A DNA stretch of 64,000 nt from Promethearchaeota archaeon (lineage in GTDB: Archaea; Asgardarchaeota; Heimdallarchaeia; Hodarchaeales; Hodarchaeaceae): assembly GCA_048938105.1 (NCBI GenBank), contig JBHLMN010000008.1, forward strand, positions 1-64,000. The letters are read 5' to 3'. The position numbers and the translations under genes are program-made. The notes beneath the pieces were generated by a model, which was not told the DNA's origin, searched no databases, and saw nothing but the letters and a program-made list of their open reading frames with translations. Positions within the stretch are counted from its first letter, which is position 1. Each line of letters opens with the position of its first letter. This document shows, piece by piece, positions 28,639-39,432 of this stretch.

Positions 28639-30843
28639 TTAATTCACCTCTTCTTTTTGAGGGGGAGTGAGTAGGATCCTTGCATCCACACATAACACGC
28701 CTTTACCCTTTTCAAATGCTAAACAGGGGTTGATTTCAATGTCTGAAATATCTGGAATTGATTGGATGATCTTACTGAGTTTCATGACGACATCAACGCA
28801 GCCTTCGATGTCTTTTCTCGCCTCTCCACGTACCCCTAACAAGAGGGGGTATGATCTTATCTGTTTAACCATTTGATCTGCATCTCTCCAGGAGAGTGGT
28901 ACTGCCCTAAATGCGACGTCTTTTAACACTTCAACATAAATCCCTCCCAATCCAAACATCACAGTTGGTCCAAAAATCGCGTCGATACGGGCTCCAATAA
29001 TGGTCTCAATTGCTTCATCCATTTTTATCATAGTGACTATTTCTACACCCTGTATCTCTGCGTTTGGTTTATAATTATGGCAGGATCTCATGATAGCCTC
29101 ATAAGCATCAATTACTTCTTCTCTGTTTTCCAAGTTAAGAGCAACACCTCCCGCGTCAGATTTGTGAATAATATCCTTAGAAACAATTTTCATCACGACT
29201 GGATAACCAATCTGTTCTGCATATTGAATGGCTTCCTTTAAGTCCTTAGCGACGTAACTCTTAGGCGTTGGGATACCAGCAGCTTCCATAACTTGTATGG
29301 CTTCTGGCACGAGTAAGAATTGTCTTCCCTTTTTTCTGACCTCATTGATTACTTCTTGAATCGTTGTAACATCAATATTAACTTCTAGTTTATCATATTC
29401 AGCGAAATGTTTGGCATAAGTCAATGTCCGATAATTTGAATAGACTGCCCCTAAACACGATACTGCCTGATAAACGTCTGGAAAAATCGGAACACCTAGG
29501 CTTTTCAGACTAAAAAGCCCACGTTCGAACTCAGAACCGCCAAAAAATGAAAATACTAGAGGTTTGGTTGGTTTTGCCTCAATATACTTCTTTTGAACTA
29601 CTGCTGATAATTGGTCACAATCAAAGATAGCTGTTTCACAACCCAAGCATATAATTGAATGAATGTCCTCCCCATCTAGTGCAGCCTGTAGAGCTTGTTC
29701 ATAGAAATCGTTTGATGCCCCCCCTGTAATGTCTACAGGATTTTTTGTTGATCCAAAAGATGGAGTTACTGGCCCAAAGATTTTTTTCAGCACAGCCTGA
29801 TCATCATAAAGGTTAACTCCGTACATCTCACATGCATCTGTTGCCAGAACCCCTATTCCCCCTCCATTTGTGACAATGACTGCATTCTCCCCTTTTGGTA
29901 TACCAGTTTGAATTGATAAGAATTTAGCCCAATCTAAAGCTTCTTGAACACTTAACGCCCGAAGAGCGCCAACTTGTTTCATAATATCAGAGAAGACATT
30001 ATCTTCACCTGCTAGGGATCCTGTATGAGAAGCAGCTGCAAGTGCACCCCTTTTTGATCTGCCAGATTTAATAATTATAATTGGTTTTATTTTGGTTGCT
30101 TCTCTAAGTATACGGATCAATTTCTCCCCCTCCTTAATACCTTCGATGTATAATAAGATCACTTTAGTTAGGTCATCAGTCATCAAATATTCGATAAGGT
30201 CAGCTTCATCAATATCTGATTTGTTTCCAACTGAAACTATAGCTGAGAGGCCAATGCCCTCTGTCTCCGTTTTTCCAATCATAGCAACGCCCAATGCTCC
30301 ACTTTGGGTTACAATAGCAACTTGCCCAGGTTCAATATCCTTTGCACCAAAAGTTGCGTTTATTGGTGATTTAATCGAATAAATACCGAAAATATTTGGC
30401 CCCAGGACACGCATACCATTCTCTTTCGCAAATCGTACAATCTTTTCTTCCTCTTCAATATCACCAATTTCGGAAAAACCAGAGGTTATAATGGAGAGGA
30501 ATTTACAATTCTTAGTAGCTAATTCTTGAACTGCGTTAAAAACAAATTTTGCTGGAATACAAATCGTTGCGAGGTCGATATCTCCATCAACCTCTTCAAT
30601 TGATTCATATAACCGATGTCCTAGGAGTTCTCCTCCTTTGGGGTTTATAGGGAAAATCTTGCCCTGATATTTACTATAAAGGATGTTATCTAGGACTTTG
30701 TAGCCAATCTTGTTAGGATTTGTAGAACACCCTACAATTGCGACAGATCGTGGTTCAAAAAGATATTTGATTGATGGAACTGTGGTTTTATTGGTACTCT
30801 CCAACAATTTCTTATAACCCACCGGTATCAATACTGTGATCAA
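28639..30843 (-). CDS. acdAB: ADP-forming acetyl-CoA synthetase (acetate--CoA ligase), fused alpha+beta
   Basis: PRSVAIVG, RVLGPN, QSGALG, GNKSD, SHTGSLAG, NGGG, NPVD, HKSDAGGV, GPTVMFGLGG, EINP. Exact start codon is uncertain. Confidence 0.9.
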   Translation of the reverse strand: MITVLIPVGYKKLLESTNKTTVPSIKYLFEPRSVAIVGCSTNPNKIGYKVLDNILYSKYQGKIFPINPKGGELLGHRLYESIEEVDGDIDLATICIPAKFVFNAVQELATKNCKFLSIITSGFSEIGDIEEEEKIVRFAKENGMRVLGPNIFGIYSIKSPINATFGAKDIEPGQVAIVTQSGALGVAMIGKTETEGIGLSAIVSVGNKSDIDEADLIEYLMTDDLTKVILLYIEGIKEGEKLIRILREATKIKPIIIIKSGRSKRGALAAASHTGSLAGEDNVFSDIMKQVGALRALSVQEALDWAKFLSIQTGIPKGENAVIVTNGGGIGVLATDACEMYGVNLYDDQAVLKKIFGPVTPSFGSTKNPVDITGGASNDFYEQALQAALDGEDIHSIICLGCETAIFDCDQLSAVVQKKYIEAKPTKPLVFSFFGGSEFERGLFSLKSLGVPIFPDVYQAVSCLGAVYSNYRTLTYAKHFAEYDKLEVNIDVTTIQEVINEVRKKGRQFLLVPEAIQVMEAAGIPTPKSYVAKDLKEAIQYAEQIGYPVVMKIVSKDIIHKSDAGGVALNLENREEVIDAYEAIMRSCHNYKPNAEIQGVEIVTMIKMDEAIETIIGARIDAIFGPTVMFGLGGIYVEVLKDVAFRAVPLSWRDADQMVKQIRSYPLLLGVRGEARKDIEGCVDVVMKLSKIIQSIPDISDIEINPCLAFEKGKGVLCVDARILLTPPQKEEVN

Positions 30844-30967
30844 ACTCTATTGAACATAAGGTTTCCAAGTAGAAGATGTTAATGTTGGATAACTATTTCT
30901 TTATTCAAGTCAGGATAAATTCTTTAAATATTTTGGTTGATGTATTTAAGTTTAAGGAGATATACAT

Positions 30968-32872
30968 TCAGAAAACCATTTTGAGCTCATAAACTCCATT
31001 GGAAATTCTTTTACCGAGATCTGGGAAATTTTTTTCAAATAAATGAAGCATTCCTCGATTTTCCACCAGAACTTCTGCTGTAAATCCTAGTAGACCTGCT
31101 GTTTTAGCTAAATAGGTTAGATATAACAACAATTCAGTACCAATCCCCATTCTTTGATGATCATCTCTAACCACAAAAGCTACTTCTGCGAAATGGAAAG
31201 TTCGATCTATACCGTATTGAGAAACACCCACGATATTTTCCACCTCTCCCTTTTTTAGTACCGCCACAACTACCATTTCTTGGGAGAAATCTATTATGCA
31301 AAACTCCTGTAAACGTGTATGGGGAACGTCCTTGCGGACAGACATGAATCGACGATATAACGATTGATCAGTCAAATCATAAAAAAAATCTTTGAGAAGG
31401 GGTTCATCACTAATTTTCACAGGTCTAAGTAAGATCTCAAGTCCTTTTTTCGTGGTTCTCCATGTTTCTAGGTGTTCAGGATACTCTCCTTTTTTACCAG
31501 GAATAAAAGCTTGGTCTTTATAGATCAGATTAAATTCCTTAGCTCTTTTGATAAGTTCAGGCCTAAACCTAGGGTGAGCAATTGAAATGAGTTGCATAGC
31601 TCGTTCTCGAATATTTTTTCCATGAAGATAAGCAATTCCATATTCCGTTACAACGAAGTGGATATCTCCCCGATTAAGAGTGACCCCGGCCCCTTCGGAT
31701 AAGAAAGGCACAATTCTCGAAAGTGTTCCATTTTCAGCAGTGGATTGAAGTGTTAGTATTGATTTACCCCTCTTAGCAAGAATTGCACCACGCATGAAAT
31801 CCGCTTGCCCCCCAATTCCACTATAGAAGGTTCTTCCTATTGATTCAGCTGAAGCTTGTCCTGTAAGATCTATTTGCAAAGCACTATTGATGGCTGTCAT
31901 CTTATAATGACGAGCAATGATGAGGGGATCATTCGTGTAATCAATTACCTTGAATTCAATTGCAGGATTATCATGAATATATTCATAGGTTTTCTTTTTA
32001 CCCATACAAAAAGAAGCTACTGCTTTACCTCGATTAACGGTCTTCTGCGTATTGTCTACAATACCATTCTTCATTAAATCCACAAGACCATCCGAAACTA
32101 ACTCTGTATGAACCCCAAGGTGATTTTTTTCACTCAAATTAGCCATTACAGCGTCAGGAATTGAACCATAACCAACTTGAATCGTGTCACCATCTTGAAT
32201 AAGACGTGCTACATAATTCCCTATTTTAGATGCAATATCAGCATGTGATTCCTCACTTGTGGGTATTGGGTCATACTCGAGAATAGGTTCATCATATGGT
32301 ATTATGTAATCAATATCTTCGATATGAATGAATCCATCACCATGAACACGGGGCATATGAGAATTTATTTGAGCAATAACTAATGATGCCTTCTCTGTTG
32401 CAGCTTTAACAATATCTACTGATACTCCAAGATTAACATACTCATGTTCATCAGGGGGGGAACACTGTATCAAAGCAACATCTATAGGTACCAAGCCGTT
32501 AGAAAATAATTTAGGAGTATTAGATAAAAAAATAGGAGTATAATCGGATAAACCCGTATTTATAGACTTTCTAGTAGGAGCAGCAACGAAAAATGAATTG
32601 TACCGAAAATTCTGTTGGTATCGTGCATTAGCATAAGGTGCAACTCCTAAATTCCACCAGGAAAGAACTTCAGTATCAAAAAAAGCTTTGGGATGCGACT
32701 CTAAATATGAAGCAAGACGGCTAATGAGATATTGAGGTTCTGCACATGCAGTAGATATAAAAATTCGGTCACCTCTATGGATATTTTGAAAAATCTGTTT
32801 TTCAGAAGCAAATTTCTGTGGGTAATCTTGCTTCAATTTGTCATAATTGTCTCTATTATTACCTAAAGCCAT
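30968..32872 (-). CDS. Acetyl-CoA hydrolase/CoA-transferase fused to a C-terminal Pat-like GNAT acetyltransferase
   Basis: QVGYGSIP, GVHTE, IDLTGQ, SGIGGQADF, VVTEYG, IAHPRFR; then LRP..D..L..FF..L...SLYRRF and EVAFVVRDDHQRMGIG GNAT motif. Confidence 0.9.
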   Translation of the reverse strand: MALGNNRDNYDKLKQDYPQKFASEKQIFQNIHRGDRIFISTACAEPQYLISRLASYLESHPKAFFDTEVLSWWNLGVAPYANARYQQNFRYNSFFVAAPTRKSINTGLSDYTPIFLSNTPKLFSNGLVPIDVALIQCSPPDEHEYVNLGVSVDIVKAATEKASLVIAQINSHMPRVHGDGFIHIEDIDYIIPYDEPILEYDPIPTSEESHADIASKIGNYVARLIQDGDTIQVGYGSIPDAVMANLSEKNHLGVHTELVSDGLVDLMKNGIVDNTQKTVNRGKAVASFCMGKKKTYEYIHDNPAIEFKVIDYTNDPLIIARHYKMTAINSALQIDLTGQASAESIGRTFYSGIGGQADFMRGAILAKRGKSILTLQSTAENGTLSRIVPFLSEGAGVTLNRGDIHFVVTEYGIAYLHGKNIRERAMQLISIAHPRFRPELIKRAKEFNLIYKDQAFIPGKKGEYPEHLETWRTTKKGLEILLRPVKISDEPLLKDFFYDLTDQSLYRRFMSVRKDVPHTRLQEFCIIDFSQEMVVVAVLKKGEVENIVGVSQYGIDRTFHFAEVAFVVRDDHQRMGIGTELLLYLTYLAKTAGLLGFTAEVLVENRGMLHLFEKNFPDLGKRISNGVYELKMVF

Positions 32873-33011
32873 CACTAACACTCCAAGTTATCCATTAGTC
32901 AATTTTGATCTTCCTTGGTAGACAATTATTACTTTTGTTGAGTGTGATATAAATTAACACCTCTCGAGATTGTAATAACATTTTTGAATTGGAGTTCCTC
33001 CAATAATAATT

Positions 33012-34979
33012 ATGAGGGATCATCAACATATTATACTAATTTGTCTATTACTTTCAGTATTTTTGTATTCTCCTATCTCAGTTCGTTCAACCACTAATAA
33101 GAATAATGTTAAATGTGTGACTGATACGCCTATAACTCCTTTCTTTAATATTACTCTCCTTACCCCTGATAATTATGATAAACGTATTGAATGGGCACAG
33201 GTAATAGAACAAGAATTCCCTAAGATTGGTATAGGTGTAAAATATCATGACATCGCACCTAGAAAAGTTATTGATGAGGAACGGTTGGTGATAAATCCAG
33301 AGACAGGAATGTATAATACATATGATGAAGGAGGGTTCGATATTATTACTGATGGATTAATGTGGGGGTTTAACCTTCAGTGGGACGCTTATCAAGAGGT
33401 TTATCCTTATATCACATACGAGGAGGGATATCAATCACCAGGTATGGATGAGTTAATGCCTATATACTATTCAACATTCAATAATACTAAAAGATTAGAG
33501 ACACTCAAACAAATTCAAGCAACACTGCATGAAGATCAACCCGAGATCGTAATACTCTATCCTGCTGGAATTTGGGCTTTCAATCCAAGCTGGGATATTT
33601 TATATGAAGATGTTTTGGCTATCCAATTCTATAGAATGCGGAGCGGTTGGGCTGACTTTGGTTTTAATGGATATGATCCTATCGTATTTGGAAGAATTGA
33701 TCCTGGTCCTTATACTACTATTAACTTTGAAACTCTTTTTCAGGATTTCGAATGGGGGTATTTCTTCACTGTAATTCCTTCTATGATATGGCAAGGGCTC
33801 TATGAAAGAAACCAGACAGATAACTTCAATTGGGTTCCATTAATAGCGAAACAAATGCCTATATGGAGTGAGGACAATAAATTAGCAACTATTATATTAC
33901 GAGATGATGTTTTCTTTGCCGACGGTCATCAACTTACAAGTCATGACGTTGTAGAGACTTATCGGTTTCATTTAACCCCAAGCTATTCTCCTTTTTCTTA
34001 TGGTGTGTTCAACTATTTTTTTGGATTTAATGAATCAATCATTGCCATAGACGATTTTACTGTTCAGTTTAATTTTACAGAGGCGATAGATGATTTTCCT
34101 TATCCTCTTGAATTTTTTGATTATGGTATCCTCCCAATTCACATCTGGGGAAATCACACTCACCCAGCTGTTGCTGATTATAACTTTGATGCAGCGTTAG
34201 CAGCTAATATGACTAAATTGTACGAATTTTGTATTGGAACAGGGCCCTATAGATATAAATTCGTCAATATGACAGAACCCCGAGTTGAATTACAAGCGGT
34301 CAATAATTATTGGAACGGGGATGTTCAGACCAACGAGATCCATTTTGAGATTTATGAGTATGATTATACTAAAGGTTATTGTAGAGACGAAGATCAGGCT
34401 ATTGCTGATTTACAAAGCGGAAAGACTCATATCTTAGGAAGAAATATCATTCAGAATCTATCTAAAGTTCAAGGACTTGACTATTATGTTCTTCCCAACT
34501 CAAATTTAATCCCTGGTGAGATGGATACACCAATTCAAGAATTGTTTCTTAACTTGTATCATCCCATTTTAGGCACGGGGGTGAAAACGCCGTTAGGTAT
34601 TACAACCCCCTCACGTGCGGGAGAAGCTGCTAAGTATATTCGTCAGGCAATCAGCCATGTTATCCCTAGGCAACGAATCATTGACGAGATTCTTTTAGGA
34701 GTTGGAATACCTGGGTTAACTCTCGTTAATCCTATTTGTTTGGGTTTTGATGATTCTCTCGAACCTTATGAGTATAATATAGCGAAGGCAAAGGAGTTAC
34801 TTACAAAAGCAGGGTATAAATACCCTCCTGAGCCATCTACTACATCATCTACAACGTCAACGACATCAACGATTTCTGCTGCCAATTCCTCCTTTGAATT
34901 AATGATTTTAATCGCTAGTATGACTTCATTTGGAATCTATAATGCTGTAAAACATCATAAACGTCGTCATCAAAAATAA
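33012..34979 (+). CDS. ABC transporter substrate-binding protein, family 5 (DppA/OppA-like), circularly permuted, C-terminal anchor
   Basis: PLIA..P.WSED..TIILRDDVFFADG..LTSHDV, IGTGPY, IRQAISH, YNIAKAKELLTKAG; Ser/Thr linker and hydrophobic tail. Confidence 0.85.
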   Translation: MRDHQHIILICLLLSVFLYSPISVRSTTNKNNVKCVTDTPITPFFNITLLTPDNYDKRIEWAQVIEQEFPKIGIGVKYHDIAPRKVIDEERLVINPETGMYNTYDEGGFDIITDGLMWGFNLQWDAYQEVYPYITYEEGYQSPGMDELMPIYYSTFNNTKRLETLKQIQATLHEDQPEIVILYPAGIWAFNPSWDILYEDVLAIQFYRMRSGWADFGFNGYDPIVFGRIDPGPYTTINFETLFQDFEWGYFFTVIPSMIWQGLYERNQTDNFNWVPLIAKQMPIWSEDNKLATIILRDDVFFADGHQLTSHDVVETYRFHLTPSYSPFSYGVFNYFFGFNESIIAIDDFTVQFNFTEAIDDFPYPLEFFDYGILPIHIWGNHTHPAVADYNFDAALAANMTKLYEFCIGTGPYRYKFVNMTEPRVELQAVNNYWNGDVQTNEIHFEIYEYDYTKGYCRDEDQAIADLQSGKTHILGRNIIQNLSKVQGLDYYVLPNSNLIPGEMDTPIQELFLNLYHPILGTGVKTPLGITTPSRAGEAAKYIRQAISHVIPRQRIIDEILLGVGIPGLTLVNPICLGFDDSLEPYEYNIAKAKELLTKAGYKYPPEPSTTSSTTSTTSTISAANSSFELMILIASMTSFGIYNAVKHHKRRHQK

Positions 34980-35036
34980 ATCATATTATTATAAGTGTCA
35001 TGTTTTCTCATTCAGAAATAATGGATCTGAAAACAT

Positions 35037-38000
35037 ATGACTAAAAATCTCATATTAATCATTTTTAGGATAATAATTGGTTTTTCTTTGATAATTGCTT
35101 TAAACCCCCTTGTTATTCATAAATCAAGAATTGCTCAGAGTAATAATTTACTTATTCATTCAGTAGATTGTTGTAAAGACCAAATTATTCCTAAATTCCA
35201 CGATTTTCACAACAAGAGGATTTTTATTAATGAACTTCTGAATGAAGATTTGGTTTACAGTATTACAACTGATAGTCTAGCGAATATCTTAGTAACTGGT
35301 AGCTGCTATCGGAAAGAAACGGATTTAGATGTATATCTGACAAAATTCTCCTCTACAGGGGATTATCTTTGGACCAGATCTCTCAATGGAAGTTCTAAAG
35401 ACATTGGAACTGATATAGCTGTTGATAAGAAAGGTAATATTATCATCACTGGAGTAACTTATTCAATTAATTTTCCAACAACACCAGATGCCATAAAAGG
35501 GCCTCCCCGAATATTTTATGAATCTGATCCCTTTGTTACAAAATATTCACCATCAGGAACGATCATGTGGAGCACATGTCTTGGAGGATCTGCATATGAT
35601 TCAGGAATTACGAGTCTTGCAGTCGATAGTCATAATAATATTGTTATAGTTGGTCAGGTGCACTCTGATGACATTAATATTAGCAGTGACTGTTTTGATC
35701 CCACGTATAATGATGGGAACGACGTATTTATCGCAAAAATCAATGAAAATGGTTCCCTCATATGGTGTACTTATCTGGGTGGATCGTCTCATGACTATCC
35801 TATTGACCAATTAGTAGTTTATCCTGAACAGCCGAATGAAATAGATGTGGTGATCGATAGCAACGATAATATCATTGTTTCTAGTTCAACTGAATCAGAC
35901 GACTTTCCGACAACAGTAAATGCTTTTAATAGGACCTACGGAGGAGGAGGAGATATTTTTCTTTCAAAATTTAATACTACTGGCTTTCTGCTTTGGAGTA
36001 CTTTTATAGGAGGAAATAGCATAGAAAATGGCCATAGTGTTACAGTTGACACAGAGGATAATATTCTCATTACTGGTGGTACATATTCAACCAATTTTCC
36101 CACAAAAAGTGCTTACCAAGCAACGAATAAAGGCGATTATGATATTTTCCTTTCAAAATTTAGTTCTACTGGTTCTTTACTATGGAGTACTTTTCTAGGA
36201 GGGGCAAGAGACGATAGAGGCCACTCTGTCGTTGTTGACAATTCGAATGAAATTTATATAACGGGACGTACGAAATCAAATGATTATCCCACGACAGAGA
36301 GCTCTTATGACGTTACTTTTGGGGGGGGAGCTAAATTAGGAGATGCATTTTTAACAAAATTAACTAATTCTGGAGAAGTGGTTTGGAGTACTTACATTGG
36401 TGGAGAAGATGATGATGCTGGAGCAGAAATAACAATAGATAACAACAATAATCTCATTATTACAGGTAATACGGCTTCAGAGAATTTGGAATCATATAAT
36501 AGTTCTTACTTATATTCGTTTGGAGGACTTAAGGATGGTTTTTTCTCAAAATTTCAATCGACTGGTGAAATTATATCACTTACACGTGCTTTAGTAGTGA
36601 CGGAACCAAGTAGTGATCCTGATAATGATGAACTCATAAATAAAGATGAATTTAAATACTTAACAGATCCTTTTAACCCAGATACTGATAATGATACTAT
36701 GACGGATAAAGCAGAAGTGGATGCAGGCTTAGAACCGCTCATAGATGATGCAGATGAGGATTATGATGCAGATGGATTAACAAATATTGAAGAAATGTAT
36801 CGCCATACGAACGTATCGAATCCTGATACTGATGGAGATGGGATGGATGATTGGTGGGAAATCGAAATGGCGTTAATTCCCTATATAAACGATACCCAAG
36901 GCGATAAAGATGACGATGGAATGCCAAACTATTGGGAATACCAAATGGGTTTACATGCAAACTATAATGATTCCGCTAATGATCCTGACAATGATGGGTT
37001 ATCAAATCTGGGAGAGTATCAGAATAAAACTAATCCTAATAAATTTGATACAGATAATGATAGTTTGCCTGATGGATGGGAAGTAAAAAATAAATTGGAT
37101 CCTCTCAATCCTGCTGATGCAAACCATGATTCTGATGGAGATGGGTTTCCAAATATGTTAGAATACCAACTAGGATTCAATCCCCAAAGTCCTATTGAAT
37201 TATATGGTGGTTTATTCCTAGTTTTCATTGTATTATGCCTGGTAGCAGGACTGTTTCTTCGAACAAGAAAATTAAATCAAGAAGCTGTTTTGTTAGGATT
37301 TGAAAACAATGCTGATAAGAAAGCTGCTATTAGAGCCGGGTTTAAAACAGTCAAAGAACGATCTGAGGCCCAAGCTGCTGGCTTTTTAACTGCTGACATA
37401 TACAATATAGTAAAAGCCGCTGGTTGGTTTACTGTTGCGGAAATGGTGGGAGATTGGAAAAATGAATTCTCAGCTACTAGAAAAGAAATCACAGACGAAG
37501 ATATACAGGATTTTAATCAATCAGTACAAGAGTCAATTTCACCCCTTCATCTCAGTGAAATTGAATCAGAGTTTAAACCGTTGTTTGAGAAAATTAAGGG
37601 TAAAAAAACGCGATTAATCCAGATATCTTCATTACAACAGTCTTTAGCAACAAGCTACGAGTCAAGTAAGACTCCTTTGCTAATTGGTATCTCTTTAGAT
37701 GAGTTGAATACTCATAGTACTCAATCAGCCTCTCTTCTCCAATTTTTGAATGAGTGTGAGGAGAGAATTAATAATTCAATATCTCATCGTCTTGAGTTCT
37801 TTACTCCTTGGTCAAGACTCCTAACTTTAATTCAACTCACTGAGGATCGTACTCCCGTTAAACTGAGTGAGATCGCGAATATCGTTAATTGTCCAGAGGA
37901 ACAGGCTGAGGAATTAATTACCCTTTTATTAAAAGAAAATGATTATATTGGTAAGTTTGACGATAAGGATAAAGTGTATATAAAAGGTCATGATGTGAAT

Positions 38001-38060
38001 GAATTAATCCAAAACTATATTAAACTAGTAAAAGAATTTATGGAGGACTATGAAGAATAA
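35037..38060 (+). CDS. Membrane protein: SBBP beta-propeller repeats + DxDxDG Ca-binding repeats + TM + cytoplasmic helical/winged-helix domain
   Basis: WSTxLGG..D.G..VAVD..NNI.ITG.T.S.NFPT repeats; DTDGDGM.D.WE repeats; TM LYGGLFLVFIVLCLVAGLFL; VKLSEIANIVNCP..QAEELI. Confidence 0.85.
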   Translation: MTKNLILIIFRIIIGFSLIIALNPLVIHKSRIAQSNNLLIHSVDCCKDQIIPKFHDFHNKRIFINELLNEDLVYSITTDSLANILVTGSCYRKETDLDVYLTKFSSTGDYLWTRSLNGSSKDIGTDIAVDKKGNIIITGVTYSINFPTTPDAIKGPPRIFYESDPFVTKYSPSGTIMWSTCLGGSAYDSGITSLAVDSHNNIVIVGQVHSDDINISSDCFDPTYNDGNDVFIAKINENGSLIWCTYLGGSSHDYPIDQLVVYPEQPNEIDVVIDSNDNIIVSSSTESDDFPTTVNAFNRTYGGGGDIFLSKFNTTGFLLWSTFIGGNSIENGHSVTVDTEDNILITGGTYSTNFPTKSAYQATNKGDYDIFLSKFSSTGSLLWSTFLGGARDDRGHSVVVDNSNEIYITGRTKSNDYPTTESSYDVTFGGGAKLGDAFLTKLTNSGEVVWSTYIGGEDDDAGAEITIDNNNNLIITGNTASENLESYNSSYLYSFGGLKDGFFSKFQSTGEIISLTRALVVTEPSSDPDNDELINKDEFKYLTDPFNPDTDNDTMTDKAEVDAGLEPLIDDADEDYDADGLTNIEEMYRHTNVSNPDTDGDGMDDWWEIEMALIPYINDTQGDKDDDGMPNYWEYQMGLHANYNDSANDPDNDGLSNLGEYQNKTNPNKFDTDNDSLPDGWEVKNKLDPLNPADANHDSDGDGFPNMLEYQLGFNPQSPIELYGGLFLVFIVLCLVAGLFLRTRKLNQEAVLLGFENNADKKAAIRAGFKTVKERSEAQAAGFLTADIYNIVKAAGWFTVAEMVGDWKNEFSATRKEITDEDIQDFNQSVQESISPLHLSEIESEFKPLFEKIKGKKTRLIQISSLQQSLATSYESSKTPLLIGISLDELNTHSTQSASLLQFLNECEERINNSISHRLEFFTPWSRLLTLIQLTEDRTPVKLSEIANIVNCPEEQAEELITLLLKENDYIGKFDDKDKVYIKGHDVNELIQNYIKLVKEFMEDYEE

Positions 38061-38098
38061 CTTTACAGATATTCTATACCTAATGGCAAAAAAATCTG

Positions 38099-39262
38099 TT
38101 AATTAAAGGTACCAGGAAAATACGTCATCCCTCCACCGCAAAATAGACAGGTGGTCATCCCTTGTTCCTTCATTTGTAAATAACCTTTTTCACAGATCGC
38201 TCTAAAGCAATTATTGCATTGATAATGTGCATGGGAGACAGGTGAGTCTTCATCGTGGATTTCACAATGATATTTATCTGAACCAAGAACCAACACATCA
38301 TCATCTACGGTGTCATAAGTTCCTCCTGTTTCTATGAATCCTTGGAGTGATTGACGACTGATTAATCTGCTAATAATCTCATGTGTTAAACCCACTTCCA
38401 ACCTAGATATTTTTGCGATTCTTTGAATAGGAATTTGACTGCTTTCTTCAACCTCATAAAGTGTTGAAATGGTATCAATAACCATTTTTTCATGTTCAGA
38501 GATATTTTTCTCGTGCTTCCGATAATCTAAATATGTTCGGGTTTTCTCCTTAAGTGAGGAATATGATAGCCTTTCTTTAAGCTTCAGAGCCTTAAAATCA
38601 TTGACAACTCTTCTAGATACTGTTTTAATTCCTTGTCGTGAAACATTATACCTTTGAACTTTATAATATTCACTTAATGAGGTTTTCATTTCTTTCGGAT
38701 TATATGATGATTGAGCATCCGTCTCTTTAAATATCCTAGGAACTGGTATTAGAGAACCGTTACAATAGGGACATGTATTACTATTTCCTTTCCGATAACA
38801 ATCACTACAGATAAATCGGAGACACTGGACACACTGAAAGTGAAGTTCAAAAACGTCATGTTCCATCTGGTCTATTTGACACCAATAATAATCTTGTCGT
38901 AGAACGAGGGTGTCATCACTGATGTTATCAGGGGTTTGATTCTCCTCGATATAACCATCGATAAGACGTTGTTCAATAAACTCTTGGATAATAAAAATAA
39001 TATCATTCTCAGGTAATTTAACTTCCTCCGCGATCACAGCAATCCCTATCCGTCCCTTATGAATCTTATTGAGACTACCAATAGCAATGAATGTTCGTTT
39101 GATTGGATTGGATGATATTTTATACTCTTGGTCGAATTTTTGGAATTGATTAGCCTCCTTTTCGACCCTCTTTCTTAATGATGCCTTTATTCTGTCTGTT
39201 AATCCGTCATTAGATTCTGGCACCTTGAAAACCCTGTTTAATTCTAACTTCTTTGAAATCAT
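38099..39262 (-). CDS. Tandem [PCI-like winged helix + Cys/His zinc-finger (RING/B-box-like)] protein
   Basis: Two internal repeats: I.I..IA....L....I...I..LI....I.G.I, then CxxD/H...QCxxCxRxICxxC/G...CxxC. Confidence 0.75.
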   Translation of the reverse strand: MISKKLELNRVFKVPESNDGLTDRIKASLRKRVEKEANQFQKFDQEYKISSNPIKRTFIAIGSLNKIHKGRIGIAVIAEEVKLPENDIIFIIQEFIEQRLIDGYIEENQTPDNISDDTLVLRQDYYWCQIDQMEHDVFELHFQCVQCLRFICSDCYRKGNSNTCPYCNGSLIPVPRIFKETDAQSSYNPKEMKTSLSEYYKVQRYNVSRQGIKTVSRRVVNDFKALKLKERLSYSSLKEKTRTYLDYRKHEKNISEHEKMVIDTISTLYEVEESSQIPIQRIAKISRLEVGLTHEIISRLISRQSLQGFIETGGTYDTVDDDVLVLGSDKYHCEIHDEDSPVSHAHYQCNNCFRAICEKGYLQMKEQGMTTCLFCGGGMTYFPGTFN

Positions 39263-39432
39263 AACACAAATTTTGTGCTTTGTGTCATTTTTCGATTATT
39301 ATTCATTCTTCAAATATAATTGGTATATATTTAAAGATTACATTAGGGGGAGAAAAAACATCAATTAATAACATCTTTAAACAGAAAATTTCGCTTCTAC
39401 ATAATGGAATAAGAAAATTCAAGGAATATCAC

